In this document: in pieces, positions 18,418 through 30,487 of the stretch
How the letters are laid out: every line of letters starts with the position of its first letter
Numbering within the stretch: position 1 is the first letter of the stretch
Assembly (NCBI GenBank): GCA_963849615.1
Contig: CAWKIC010000010.1
Span: 13,396 to 77,395, forward strand
Length of the DNA: 64,000 nt
Source of the DNA: an uncultured Bacteroidales bacterium
GTDB lineage: Bacteria; Bacteroidota; Bacteroidia; Bacteroidales; VadinHA17
Direction: 5' to 3'
Notes under the pieces: model-generated
Database searches by the model: none
What the model was told of the DNA's origin: nothing
The model's input: the letters and a program-made list of their open reading frames with translations, nothing else
Position numbers and translations under genes: made by a program

Positions 18418-19491
18418 ATGACTCTTTCAGACTTAGGATTTACAGATGAGATAACACTCTACCTGAAAGAGAATAACCTTTCAGAGTTTGTAGTTGGAAG
18501 AGTAACCCGTGAACACCGTGAAAGATATCTGGTCTCGACAGGGGATAAGGAATATGATGCGGAAATAACCGGAAATCTTCGTTTCTCCGCCTCATCAAGG
18601 GCTGATTACCCTGCTGTGGGCGATTGGGTTGCCATGATTATCTATGATCAGGACCAGGCAATTATTCACAAAGTCCTTCCGCGTAAATCAGTGCTTGAAC
18701 GACAGGCCGTAGGGAAATACGGTGAAATACAGATTATCTCCGCAAATGTTGATTTTGCCCTGATTGTCCAGTCGATCGATAATAATTTCAGCATCAATCG
18801 TCTGGAAAGATACCTGACAATTTGCTATTCTGCCGGAATTGAGCCAGTGCTGGTGGTCAGCAAAATAGACCTTGTTTCAGAAGCCAAGGTTGGAAATGCC
18901 ATTGAGGAACTCGGGACAAGGGACAGAAAGGTCAGATACATCCTCCTCAGTAATACAACTCAGAAGGGGATGGACCAGGTACATGAGCTTCTTCAGAAAG
19001 GCAAAACCTATTGTGTTGTGGGATCCTCAGGCGTCGGCAAATCTTCACTTATCAATAATCTCCTGAAGAAAAATATCTTAAAAACTGGACACATCAGTCA
19101 AAGCACAAACAAGGGAAGACATATCACCGGACACCGGGAATTATTCATATTGGAGGAAGGTGCAATAGTAATTGACAATCCGGGAATGAGAGAACTCGGC
19201 GTGACTGATGACACCGAAGGGCTTAAAACAACTTATGAAGAGATCTTCAACCTGTCTCTGCAGTGCAAATTCCCCGATTGCAAACATATTAATGAAACAG
19301 GATGCGCAGTTATTGATGCTATTGAAAAGGGGATAATTGACAATAATTCGCTCGAGAATTTCAGGAGAATAAGGCGGGAGCAGCAGCTTTTTCAATCCAC
19401 GATCGCCGAAAGGCGGGAGAAAGACAGAAAATTAGGCAGGATGTACAAAAACATCATGAAGGAGAAGAAAAAGAACAAGTTCGGATCATAA
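18418..19491 (+). CDS. rsgA: ribosome small-subunit-dependent GTPase A
   Basis: 357 aa with circularly permuted GTPase features, P-loop GSSGVGKSSLIN, and the zinc knuckle CKFPDCKHINETGC. Confidence 0.9.
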   Translation: MTLSDLGFTDEITLYLKENNLSEFVVGRVTREHRERYLVSTGDKEYDAEITGNLRFSASSRADYPAVGDWVAMIIYDQDQAIIHKVLPRKSVLERQAVGKYGEIQIISANVDFALIVQSIDNNFSINRLERYLTICYSAGIEPVLVVSKIDLVSEAKVGNAIEELGTRDRKVRYILLSNTTQKGMDQVHELLQKGKTYCVVGSSGVGKSSLINNLLKKNILKTGHISQSTNKGRHITGHRELFILEEGAIVIDNPGMRELGVTDDTEGLKTTYEEIFNLSLQCKFPDCKHINETGCAVIDAIEKGIIDNNSLENFRRIRREQQLFQSTIAERREKDRKLGRMYKNIMKEKKKNKFGS

Positions 19492-19598
19492 TCGAACCGT
19501 TTCAAAATCACGGGGTGGGAACAATCTCAGTCAAATTTTGTTTCTAAGAACAATGAATGAATTTTATCAGTTAAGTTTAAACCTGCAGCGACTAACAG

Positions 19599-20081
19599 AT
19601 GGAGAATGAAATGAATCCTGTCCGGATTGGCGATATGATTCCGCACTTTGCCCTTCCGGATCAGGATGGTAACATATTTGATATAAACAGTGTTCTTGGA
19701 AAGAAAAAGCTTGTCATCTTTTTTTATCCACAGGATGGAAGCCTGTATTGCACAAGAGAAGCTTGTTATTTCCGCGATTTTGCTGACGCATTTGATCAGG
19801 CGGATGCCATTATAATTGGAATTAGTGGGCAGTCTGTTGAAAGCCATAAGGAATTCGCAGAAAAAAACAGACTTACATATACCTTGTTAAGCGACAGTGA
19901 AAATACTGTAAGGAAGCTGTTCGGCGTTTCGGACAAAGTTTTCGGGTTGTTTCGGGGACGCGTCACCTTCGTGGCGGACAGATCGGGCAGGGTAGTCTTT
20001 ATCTTTGATTCTCAAACTGATGTTCAGCGTCATGTGGATGAGGCTCTTAAAATAGTCCTGGTCCTTAAAAAAGCCGTCTGA
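19599..20081 (+). CDS. bcp: thioredoxin-dependent thiol peroxidase (Bcp-type peroxiredoxin)
   Basis: FALPDQDG..KLVIFFYPQD...CTREAC..GISGQSVESHKEFAEKNRLTYTLLSD is colinear with Bcp. Confidence 0.8.
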   Translation: MENEMNPVRIGDMIPHFALPDQDGNIFDINSVLGKKKLVIFFYPQDGSLYCTREACYFRDFADAFDQADAIIIGISGQSVESHKEFAEKNRLTYTLLSDSENTVRKLFGVSDKVFGLFRGRVTFVADRSGRVVFIFDSQTDVQRHVDEALKIVLVLKKAV

Positions 20082-20147
20082 CAGAGTTGCAAAACAAATA
20101 GACTTTTGATATGTTTAATGTGAACAAATAAATTAAACAGAGTCCCG

Positions 20148-20729
20148 ATGGCATTTACATTACAGATTGGAGAAGAAGCTCCCTGGTTCAATCTACAGTC
20201 AACTGACGGGAAAACCTATTCATTGAAGGATTTCAGCAGCGAAAAATATCTTGTTGTCTTCTTCACATGCAATCACTGTCCATATGTCCTGGGTTCCGAT
20301 GAGGTAACCAGGGCTTCTGCCGAAAAATTCAGACCTGCCGGAGTAAGGTTTGTCGGAATAAACTCAAACAGTGAGCGGACTTATCCCGAGGACAGTTTTC
20401 CGAATATGGTCAAAAGGATGGAGGAGCAAAGGTTCCCGTGGCTCTACCTTTACGATAGTGATCAAAGTGTTGCCACAAAATACGGAGCATTGCGTACACC
20501 TCACTTTTATGTTTTCGACGAAAAACGGCAGCTTGTCTATACAGGCCGGGGACTTGACTATCCGAGAGATCCCGCGAGGGCCACAATCAACGATCTTGAC
20601 AGAACGCTTAAAGAATTGACTTCAGGACATCCGGTTTCAATACCTGTCACCAATCCTATCGGCTGCAACGTAAAATGGGATGGAAAAGATGCTCACTGGA
20701 TGCCGCCTGATGCCTGCGATCTGGTTTAA
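20148..20729 (+). CDS. thioredoxin-fold (PRX-like / redoxin) protein
   Basis: 193 aa with [10 protein letters not shown] (a CxxC-type motif in a thioredoxin fold) and RTPHFYVFD. Confidence 0.75.
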   Translation: MAFTLQIGEEAPWFNLQSTDGKTYSLKDFSSEKYLVVFFTCNHCPYVLGSDEVTRASAEKFRPAGVRFVGINSNSERTYPEDSFPNMVKRMEEQRFPWLYLYDSDQSVATKYGALRTPHFYVFDEKRQLVYTGRGLDYPRDPARATINDLDRTLKELTSGHPVSIPVTNPIGCNVKWDGKDAHWMPPDACDLV

Positions 20730-21355
20730 TCATTTGCTGCTTCGGGGCTCCCGTTTTGAGGCTTGCCCACGCAATACATAGTTTATGATTCGAACTGTAT
20801 ACAACTGAACTGCAATAATTTACATTTCCCCTCCTTTTTTTCAAGGAGGGGTGGCCGGGACTATAGATTTTGAGATGTTTACAATTTGTTTTCCCGGCCG
20901 GGGTGGTTACTCTATGTTTCAAGAGTCTGAGTTTTGTTTATTTTTTGCTAGCCCAAAGTTATTATTTTACTTTCTTTTAACCGTAAAAGAAAGTAACAAA
21001 GAAAAGCGGCCGGAAATGATAACTTAAGCCATGCCCTGCGCCCGCTACACATGCCATATTGGCGCTACGGGCATTGCTTAAGTTCGCGCCATTTCCGGGT
21101 TGCCCTCACGCCCTCATCGACATAGTCTATTCCTTAAGATCGGCTATGCCCCATGGGGTCGGGATAAACGAAGAACCGACAACACGAAGGGGAGGAGCTC
21201 GACGAAGTCAAAACTAATGAATTCATATACCTGATTCCCGGTAGTCATTTTAAATTAAACACAAAGCCTTCTTTTTTGTTATATAATTAATATGAAAGCA
21301 TTAATCAATTTCCCGGGCCTTAAATGAGGATAGGAAAGTTGCTTACCTAATTACA

Positions 21356-21799
21356 ATGGACTCCAATAAAAGATTTACAATCTTAATTCTGAATACAGTT
21401 AACGATAACAAAATAATCCTGGTCAGGCTGGTCGTAGGTTTAATATTTTTGTCAGAGGGAATTCAAAAATATTTGTTCCCGGAATTGCTGGGGACGGGCA
21501 GGTTTTTAAAAATAGGATTTACACACGCTGAATTCTGGGCGTATTTCACTGCCACCTTTGAAATAATATGCGGCATATCTGTGCTTATTGGCCTCTTAAC
21601 CAGACTGGCATCGATCCCTCTTTTTATTATTATGATGACCGCCTTTGTCACAACCAAATGGCCAATACTGATTGATAAGGGATTCTGGTCTATGGCTCAT
21701 GAATACCGTACTGATTTTGCGGTTACAGTTCTTCTTGTCTATTTATTTATTGCAGGAAGCGGCAAATGGTCGGTAGATTCAGGTTTTTCACCTCATTAA
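21356..21799 (+). CDS. DoxX-family membrane protein
   Basis: 147 aa with four predicted TM helices. LVRLVVGLIFLSEGIQK is typical of DoxX. Confidence 0.7.
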   Translation: MDSNKRFTILILNTVNDNKIILVRLVVGLIFLSEGIQKYLFPELLGTGRFLKIGFTHAEFWAYFTATFEIICGISVLIGLLTRLASIPLFIIMMTAFVTTKWPILIDKGFWSMAHEYRTDFAVTVLLVYLFIAGSGKWSVDSGFSPH

Positions 21800-21810
21800 A
21801 TAGTTAACCA

Positions 21811-22545
21811 ATGGAAGCAAAAAATCCAAGGGGCAAAAATCAGCCGGAAGAAAACTCTAATAAAAGACGGGAGTTTCTTAAAAAGAGTATGATGATCGGT
21901 GCCCTCACAGGTATCTCTGGTGCAAGCCTGTTTTCAGGGTGCAAAGAAGAGACCGGAGAGGAAGTAACTCCGGCTGAAGACCTGATGAGGGAGCATGGTG
22001 TCCTGAACAGGGTTATGTTAGTATATGATACTCTGAGAATGCAGATACTAAAAAATGAAAAAATCCCATTGGATATCCTGAACAGTTCAGCCCTGATAAT
22101 AAAGAACTTTATCGAAGCTTACCATGAAAAGCTGGAAGAAGACTATTTATTCCCAATGTTCGAAAAAGCCGAAATGCTGACAGACCTGGTCAGTGTCCTA
22201 CGTTCACAGCATCAGGCCGGGCGAAAAATAACGGGCCGGATAATCCAGTTTGCCGGAATGAAAAGCCTTGACAGCCCTGAAGATATTCAAATGCTGGCAG
22301 GGCTGCTTGGAAGTTTTAATTCAATGTATCGTCCTCATGAAGCAAGGGAAGATACCGTTTTGTTTCCGGCAATAAGAAAAGTAATTCCGGGAGATGAATA
22401 TTTTACCCTTGGTGAAAATTTTGAAGATAAGGAACATGAATTGTTTGGTGAAGAGGGTTTTGAAGGTATTGTTGAAAAAGTAGGCAATATCGAAAGAGAG
22501 CTGGGAATTTATGATCTGAACCTGTTTACCCCTTCAGGCCAATAA
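21811..22545 (+). CDS. hemerythrin (HHE cation-binding) domain protein with Tat signal and lipobox
   Basis: It has a twin-arginine motif (NKRREFLKKS), a lipobox (LFSGC), and His/Glu-rich helices (REHGVLNRV, YHEKLEEDYLFP, HEAREDTVLFP). Confidence 0.75.
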   Translation: MEAKNPRGKNQPEENSNKRREFLKKSMMIGALTGISGASLFSGCKEETGEEVTPAEDLMREHGVLNRVMLVYDTLRMQILKNEKIPLDILNSSALIIKNFIEAYHEKLEEDYLFPMFEKAEMLTDLVSVLRSQHQAGRKITGRIIQFAGMKSLDSPEDIQMLAGLLGSFNSMYRPHEAREDTVLFPAIRKVIPGDEYFTLGENFEDKEHELFGEEGFEGIVEKVGNIERELGIYDLNLFTPSGQ

Positions 22546-22610
22546 CGACGTTCACAGGACCCTGTCTGCCGACAGACGGGAACCTGACGTTAAAATTAAA
22601 TTATATCCGG

Positions 22611-23717
22611 ATGAAAAAATTGTTAATTCCTGCCATTTGTCTTTTTATGGTTTCATGTAACCTCTCAAAAGATGTTAAAGTTCCATGCTATGCGTGGATG
22701 AGTGGTCCCGGCAAAGCAACGGATGCCGAACTTAAATCCCAATTTACCGATCTGAAAAAGAAAGGAATAATTGGTGTGATGTATTCCGCTGGTCAGGATC
22801 CTGAGACCTATAAACGCATAGGGAAAATCGTTGAAAAAGCTGATATAGAATTCCATGCCTGGATCCCAACCATGATTCAAAATAATAATCCAGCTATCAA
22901 GCCGGAGTGGTATGCGGTGAACGGACTGGGAGAATCCTCCCTTGATAAACCGGCTTATGTCAGTTATTACAAATTCGTCTGCCCGAACCACGAGGAATTT
23001 CGCCGATACCTTGAGGAAATGTATGGAAGGATTGCAGATATACCTGAAGTTGATGGCATCCATCTTGATTATATACGATATCCGGATGTCATCCTGGCTC
23101 GAGGTTTATGGGAGAAATACGGACTTGTCATGGACAGGGAGTATCCCCGGTTTGACTATTGTTATTGTGACAAATGCGTTTCTGACTTTAAAGCAAAAAC
23201 CGGAATTGATATCAAGTCGGTGGAAGATCCTTCCCAGATAGAAGAATGGAAACAATTCCGTTATGATCTGATCACTGATCTTGTAAATCGTTTGGCATTG
23301 ATGGTTCACTCTAAAAATAAGCAGATTAATGCGGCAGTGTTCCCGGGTCCAAATTCCATTGCAAAGAAAATTGTCAGACAGGAATGGGATAAATGGAATA
23401 TTGATGCTTTTTTCCCAATGAATTATAATGATTTTTATCTGGAGGATACAAAGTGGATTGGAGAAATGTGCAAAGAATCCGTAACAACATTAAATAATAC
23501 TAAGCCGGTCTATAGTGGGCTTTTCATCTGCCCTGACCCTGAAAAAAAGGCAAAAGAGCCTGACCCGGAAAATCACGGATTATTACCGGGAGAGCTTGGA
23601 GAGGCAATAAGACAATCCATGGAAAACGGGGCAGCAGGAATTTGTCTGTTCACACCCGGAAGGATGACTGAGGAAGACTGGGTAGTTTTTAAAAAAGCAA
23701 TCCGTATTGATTATTGA
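22611..23717 (+). CDS. glycoside-hydrolase-like family 10 (GHL10/DUF187-type) lipoprotein
   Basis: 368 aa with a lipoprotein signal (FMVSC) and the motif VDGIHLDYIRYPD. Confidence 0.6.
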   Translation: MKKLLIPAICLFMVSCNLSKDVKVPCYAWMSGPGKATDAELKSQFTDLKKKGIIGVMYSAGQDPETYKRIGKIVEKADIEFHAWIPTMIQNNNPAIKPEWYAVNGLGESSLDKPAYVSYYKFVCPNHEEFRRYLEEMYGRIADIPEVDGIHLDYIRYPDVILARGLWEKYGLVMDREYPRFDYCYCDKCVSDFKAKTGIDIKSVEDPSQIEEWKQFRYDLITDLVNRLALMVHSKNKQINAAVFPGPNSIAKKIVRQEWDKWNIDAFFPMNYNDFYLEDTKWIGEMCKESVTTLNNTKPVYSGLFICPDPEKKAKEPDPENHGLLPGELGEAIRQSMENGAAGICLFTPGRMTEEDWVVFKKAIRIDY

Positions 23718-23816
23718 CCCGGGCAACTTTTATGAAAAGGAATGGAACTTCTTCCGGACAGACCTATTCTTACCTTGCTCAGTCTTAAAATCCGGAGCAA
23801 TTGAACAGTTGATAAC

Positions 23817-25052
23817 TCAGTAGAGCATTCTTACCCTGATAGTTCCTTCAATAGCCTTTAATTCTTTAAGAATATTGCTTTTGAGACGGCTTTCAGTGTC
23901 AATAATTACATAACCGATATCGGGATCAGTTTGCAGATATTCAGCTGCAATGTTTATGCCTTTTGATGTAAAAACGTAGTTCACCTCTTTCAGGATACCG
24001 GGTTCATTCTTGTGAATATGAAGAAACCGCTGAGCGTTATTGTTTGGCTGAAGGGATATCTGCACAAAATTAGTCGCGCCGATAGTTGCCCCGGTATCAC
24101 TGTATTTAACAAGCTTTTCAGAGACTTCTGTGCCAATGTTCTCCTGGGCTTCCATTGTGCTGCCACCTACATGCGGCGATAGAATAACATTGTCAAATTG
24201 CTGCAGATTCGGAAATAAAGGGATCATTCTCTGATGCAGGTTCTTCGGGAAATACATCCATTGCAGCTCCAAGAATGTTTCCTGATCCCAGTGCCCTGGT
24301 CAATGCCTTGATATTCACAACCGAGCCCCTTGACGCATTTACAAGGCAAACTCCCCTCCTCATAAGCTTCAGTTCCTTTTCACTGATCATATTTTGTGTC
24401 AGGGGTGTTTCAGGGACGTGGAGTGTGACAATATGAGAGACAGAAAGGAGTTCTTCAAGTGATGAGCAGGCAATTGCCTTACCAAGACTGAGCTTTTTAG
24501 CTATATCATAGTAGTACACATTCATACCAAGGGCCTCAGCGAGTATTGAGACCTGCGAACCGATGTGACCATAACCGATTATTCCAATGTTTTTATCACG
24601 GACTTCAAAACAATTGGTTGCGGATTTAAGCCATTTGCCATTATGTGCGGCTGCATTTTTTACAGGAATATTCCTCATCAGGAGGATCGATTCTGCGATT
24701 ACAAGCTCAGCTACTGAGCGGGTATTTGAAAAAGGCGCATTGAATACAGGTATTCCGAGCAGCTTGGCAGCCTGGCCATCTACCTGGTTTGTACCGATAC
24801 TGTAACATCCGATTGCCAGCAGCTTCCTGGCTTCATTTAAGACGCCTTTCGTAAGCTGAGTCCTGGAGCGGATACCTATTATATTGGCGTTTTGGATTTT
24901 AGTTCCTGAGGACGCTGTCATCAAGAGCACCAGGAAGCAATTCAACATTGCTGTATCCGTTTCCCCTGAAATACTCAACAGCGCTCCTGTGTATTCCTTC
25001 AAGAAGTACTACTTTAATCTTCTCTTTATCGAGAGAGTATTTTTTAACCATG
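23817..25052 (-). CDS. serA: D-3-phosphoglycerate dehydrogenase with ACT domain (2 frame disruptions, near 24230 and 24900)
   Basis: The N-terminus is MVKKYSLDKEKIKVVLLEGIH. The NAD fold GIIGYGHIGSQV and the catalytic region SPHVGGST are present, with a C-terminal ACT-like domain. The three pieces are colinear. Confidence 0.8.
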
Positions 25053-25146
25053 ATTCAATACAAATCTTAAGCAAGTTTCAAATTGGGGTTGAAATTATAA
25101 AATAAATTGCGAAAAATTACTTCAATTTATAATAATCGGGTCAGAT

Positions 25147-25196
25147 GGTCGCCGCTGACCTTTTGCGAGTCCGGCGAAGCCAAATCCGCGCTGGCA
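25147..25196. repeat. intergenic repeat, family GCAAATCCGYGCCAGCGG (fragment)
   Basis: ggtcgccgctgaccttttgcgagtccggcgaagccaaatccgcgctggc parallels gggtcatcttttgcgagcttgccgaaggcaaatccgtgccagcgg at 4349-4393. Confidence 0.7.
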
Positions 25197-25403
25197 TAGT
25201 CAGGTTCTTTCTGCGTAAATCTGCGTGCTGGATACTTTTAATACCTTTTTAAATAACCGATGGAATCAATAAAACTTTTTGTGCCAACTCAATGTTTAAT
25301 TCCAGAGACCTTCGGTTTGACAGGAAGGTGCATCTTTTTCCGGATAAAGGAAGAAGTTCAATTCAAAAAATTAACTGAGAAATTCAGCTTATTTCAACAA
25401 CAA

Positions 25404-26230
25404 ATGAAACTTGATAATCTAAAGATATTTACAGGACCCTCTGACAGCACCTTGAAAATGCCGGTGCTGTTCCTTGGTCATGGCAATCCGATGAATGCCA
25501 TTGAAGAAAATGAATTCACGCTAGGCTGGAGTAACATTGCCAAAACCCTGCCCGGGCCCGTTGCAATTCTATGTATTTCGGCTCATTGGGAAACACGCGG
25601 CACTCTTGTAACTGCAATGGCAAAGCCAAAGACGATCCACGATTTCGGGGGCTTTCCTGAAGAATTGTACAGGGTGCAGTATCCTGCCCCGGGAAACCCG
25701 GAGCTCGCTGAGGAAATAAAAAACCTGGTAGCGGAAAACCCAAAGTTGGGCTCGATGAAAGATGGGGACTCGATCATGGGTGCTGGAGCGTACTGAAACA
25801 TCTTTATCCCGGTGCAGATATCCCGGTATTGCAGATGAGCCTTGACTTAAATCTGAACGCACAACAGCATTATGATCTTGCAGGTGAACTTAAAGCCTTG
25901 CGGACTAAAGGAGTTTTAATTGTGGGAAGCGGAAATATGGTTCACAACCTGAGGATGGTTGCATGGAGTAAACTAAATGACAATTATGGCTATGACTGGG
26001 CAATCGAAGCCGGTGAAACAATGAAAAAATTTATTCTTGCCGGCGACCATGACCGGTTAATCAATTATGAAAACCAGGGAAAGGCGTTTGATCTCGCTAT
26101 ACCTACTCCCGATCATTACCTGCCGTTGCTTTATGCACTGGCATTAAAGGATGAAGGCGACACAGTCTCCATCTTCAATGATAAACCTGTCGGCGGTTCG
26201 CTTACAATGACATCATTGAAAATCGAATAG
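25404..26230 (+). CDS. ygiD: 4,5-DOPA dioxygenase extradiol-like protein (YgiD family) (one frame disruption near 25780)
   Basis: [35 protein letters not shown], then (next frame) LDHG-like..[28 protein letters not shown] are colinear with E. coli YgiD. Confidence 0.8.
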
Positions 26231-26316
26231 TTGATAAGGTAACATATCCTCTGTCCTGGCTGCATGTTTCCATAAATGTTTTTTGTAACTTTGGTATCCT
26301 GTAAAACCTACTTCCA

Positions 26317-27423
26317 ATGAAACAGGTACTTAAGTATGTCGGATATCTTGCGTTTATCGCCCTGGTATGCTTTCTGATCTGGCGGTTCTGGTTTATGATA
26401 GCCTGGGTGCTTGTTGCGGCAGTGATCTCGTTCCTGGGACATCCGCTTGTCAGGTTCTTTGACAGGCTGCACTTTAAAGAAATGGACGATGCCATCATGC
26501 ATTAAGCACATTAATTGCATTGCTTGGTATTGTATTGATTTTGCTGTCGTTTCTGGCCATATTTGTTCCCATGATCCTTGAACAGGCCCAGACCATTTCC
26601 AGGATCGATGTCAACCTGCTGGCTCAAAACCTTTACGATCCTCTCCACTGGCTCGAGGATAAAATGCAGGGACTAGGCGTTATCCCTGATGGGCAGACGA
26701 TTCAGGATTTCATAGTTGAAAAAGCAAAATCAGTTGTTAATCTGGGAAGTGTAGGCTCTATGATCGGTGGATTTTTCAGTGCGGCCGGGAGCATTTTTGT
26801 CGGATTGTTTTCCATCCTCTTCATTGCCTTCTTCTTTCTGAAAGACGAAGATTTGTTTGAAAGCAGCCTGCTGCTCCTGGTCCCTGAAAAACACCATACG
26901 GCAACACGCAAGGTAATTGTTGAATCCAAAAACCTGCTGATGCGCTATTTTAGCGGTGTTCTCCTCGAGGTTCTCGGCGTGATGTCGATCATTACAATAT
27001 TCCTATGGATATTTGGCGTCAAAAATGCTCTGCTTATAGGATTTTTCGGGGGAATCATGAATATCATACCGTACCTCGGCCCGGTAATCGGAACATCAAT
27101 AGGAATAATCCTTGGAATGACATCAACCCTGTGCATCCGGTTCATATCCTGATCTTGTCCCTGAATTTCTGAAATTGCTGGGTGTATTCTCGGAGCCAAT
27201 TTTATCGATAATAATTTCCTGGTGCCAATGATTTATTCAAGCAGCGTGAAGGCCCATCCCCTGGAGATCTTTTTCGTAATCATAATGGGAGGAAGCCTTG
27301 CAGGAATCCTGGGTATGCTGCTCGCTGTTCCCGGTATATACTGTGATGAGGGTCATTGCAAAAGAGTTTTTTCAGCAATACAGGATTGTTAAAAAGCTTA
27401 CCGAAAAAATTGATAAGGAGTAG
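26317..27423 (+). CDS. AI-2E family transporter (PerM/UPF0118) (2 frame disruptions)
   Basis: A multi-TM protein spread over three frames. The C-terminal piece ..HPLEIFFVIIMGGSLAGILGMLLAVP is typical of the family. Confidence 0.65.
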
Positions 27424-27438
27424 ACTAATCTCAAAACT

Positions 27439-28246
27439 ATGAGCAGGGAACGATCTGAATTCAAAAGTAAGGTCCGGCTCAAAAAAGGATAATTCCGGCC
27501 AGAGTACCCTGAATTTATTGCCAGGTTTTATGATCTGATCTACCACCAGGTGCGTGATGGAGTTGACAATCATTTCTACCTCGACAGGATTAAGGAAACA
27601 AATGGGAAAATCCTTGAGGCAGGTGTCGGAACCGGAAGGCTCTTTACTGAAGCGCTTGAAAACCGGTGCAGATATTTATGGAATTGATTTCAGCCCGTCC
27701 ATGCTTACGGTGTTAAATTCAAAACTCAGTGCTGAGCAAAAGAAACGGGTAAGCCTTCAGAATATCGTGGATTTTAAATCGAAATAAGGTTCGACCTGAT
27801 AATTGCTCCTTTCCGGGTATTTATGCATCTTACCACCAAGGAGGAACAATTGAAGGCTCTTAATAATGTCCATGCTTCATCTCAGTCACGGAGGAAAATT
27901 TATTTTTGATGCATTTGTTCCTGACCTTAAAATGCTGATAAACGGATTGGATAATGTATCAGATTTTGAAGGTGAATTTGAACCCGGCAACCGGGTTAAA
28001 AGAATTATTTCGACAAAACCTGATTTGATAAATCAGCTCATCAATATCACTTTCAGAATTGAATGGAATGAAGGAAATTCAAATTACACCAGGGAATGGA
28101 AAAGTCCAATGCATTATTTCTTCAGGTTTGAACTTGAGCATCTGATAGAGCGCTCACATTTTTCGCAGTATAGAATAATCGGAGATTTTATGGGTAACGA
28201 ACTCAACCCTGATTCGAAGGAATTTATAATTTTATGTCAGAAATAA
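27439..28246 (+). pseudogene. class I SAM-dependent methyltransferase, at least 4 frame disruptions
   Basis: Motif I is ILEAGVGTGR, followed by GIDFSPSML, FDLIIAPF and GGKFIFD. These occur in successive different frames. Confidence 0.7.
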
Positions 28247-30487
28247 ACACAATCAAATCAAGGATGACAGCCATTAACAAACAACTTGCTGCTACGGTTT
28301 CAATAATCGTACTGATACTTTCCTCATGTACGCAAAACAGCGTTGACCCGGTCGGTTATGTAAATCCATACATCGGAAATATAAGTCACCTGCTCGTACC
28401 TACATACCCTACTGTTCATATTCCGAACAGCATGGTTCGCTTTTATCCGGAAAGGGACAATTTTACATCAAATAAAATGCAGGGTTTTCCTCTGAATGTT
28501 GTATCGCATCGCGACGGTAAAGCCTTTTCACTTGTTCCTTTCACGGGAAACGGGGAAGATTTAACCGGTATGTCATTTACATTTGATAATGAAACAATTA
28601 CACCATATAGTTATAGTGTAACTCTTGATGAATCTGATATTGATGTAAAATTCGCTCCGGCCGAAAAATCAGGTTTCTTTTCTTTCCGGTTCAATGGCAA
28701 TGAAAACAACGGAATAATTCTCAGGACAACCGGACTGGGCGAACTGACTTTTGAGAACGGCTCGGTAACCGGTCACGACACCAATAACGGTGTGAAATCC
28801 TGTCTCTGCCTTGAGTTTGACAAAATGCCCGACAAAATAAGTACCCGTAAAAACGATACTATATCTCAGGAGTCATCGGTTAATGGAAGAAGGGTAGCAA
28901 TTATTGCATCATTTAAGTCCGTGGCATCGGAATTGAATATCCGCTACGGCCTCTCATATATCAGTTCTGACCAGGCGAGAAAGAACCTTCATGACAATAT
29001 CGGGAACCGGAGCTTTGGTGAGATATCGGATAATGCCAGAAATAAATGGAATGCCCTGCTTTCAAAGATTGAAGTTGAAGGAGGAACACCAAAACCAGCG
29101 GACTGTATTTTACACGTCACTTTACAGGTGCAGTGAAAGGATGGTCGACATAACCGAAGACGGACAATATTTCAGCATCTGGAGTAATAGGGTTGAACCA
29201 GCAAATGATACCAGCTTTTTTACTGACGACTGGGTATGGGATACCCATCTGGCACTGCATCCGTTGCAGGTCATCCTTAATCCTTCAGCCCAGGATGAAA
29301 AGATCTCATCGTATATCAGAATGGCCAGACAGTCGGGCTGGATGCCGACATTCCCGACAATATCAGGAGATAACCATGCAATGAACGGAAATCATTCAGT
29401 GGCGGTAGTCCTCGATGCCTGGAATAAAGGTATCCGTAACTTCGATCTTGAAGAAGCATATAATCATTTAAAACATACAATACTCTTCGAGACAAAGCTT
29501 CCCTGGGTTAAGGGAGATGCTACACCCCTCGATGACTTTTATGACAGGAAGGGCTACTTCCCTGCACTCAGGAAGGGAGAAGCGGAAACTTATCCGCAGG
29601 TTCATTCTTTCGAAAAAAGACAGGCCGTGGCAATTACCCTTGCCTCAAGCTATGACGACTGGTGCATGGCCCAGATCGCCAGGGAACTTGGAAACCAGGA
29701 CGATTATGATTTCTTCATTAAAAGGAGCCTCAACTACAAAAATCTTTTTAATACCGAAACCGGATTTTATCATCCTAAAGACAGCACTGGCAACTGGATT
29801 GAGCCATTTGACTACCGTTACGATGGCGGAATGGGAGCACGTGACTATTACGACGAAAATAACGGCTGGACATATATCTGGCAGCCATTCCATGCCTTTG
29901 ATGACCTTATTGAAATGATGGGTGGCATAGAGAAATTCGATAACAAGCTTGACCAGCTCTTTACCGAAAGTCTGGGAAGGTCAAAGTGGGTTTATTATTC
30001 AACCCTGCCGGATGCCACAGGTAATGTAGGCCAGTTTGTTATGGGAAATGAGCCTTCAATGCACATAGCTTATCTTTACAACCTTGCCGGGAAACCCTGG
30101 AAGACGCAGAAACGGGTCCGCATGCTGATGGACACATGGTTCAGAAATGACCTGATGGGCATCCCCGGTGACGAGGACGGTGGCGGATTATCGGCATTCT
30201 ATGTTTTTTCTGCAATGGGTTTTTATCCTGTTACACCAGGTATTCCCGAATATCAGATCGGAAGCCCCCTGTTCAGCAGGGTAAAAATTCACCTTCAAAA
30301 TGGCAAGACTTTTACCGTTGTGGCCAAAAATAACAGCCAGGTTAACAAGTATATCCAGTCAGCGAATCTGAATGGTACCGAACTCACAAAAACAACAATC
30401 ACCCACAGTGATATTGTGGAAGGAGGTACACTTGTCCTGGAAATGGGGGGAAAGCCTGATAAAGAGTGGGGTACCGGATACCGATAA
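28234..30487 (+). CDS. GH92-family alpha-mannosidase (one frame disruption near 29090)
   Basis: VNPYIGN, FYTSLYR, DWVWDTH and GNEPSMHIAYLYNLAGKPWKTQ are classic GH92 blocks. The break fits one extra base. Confidence 0.85.
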
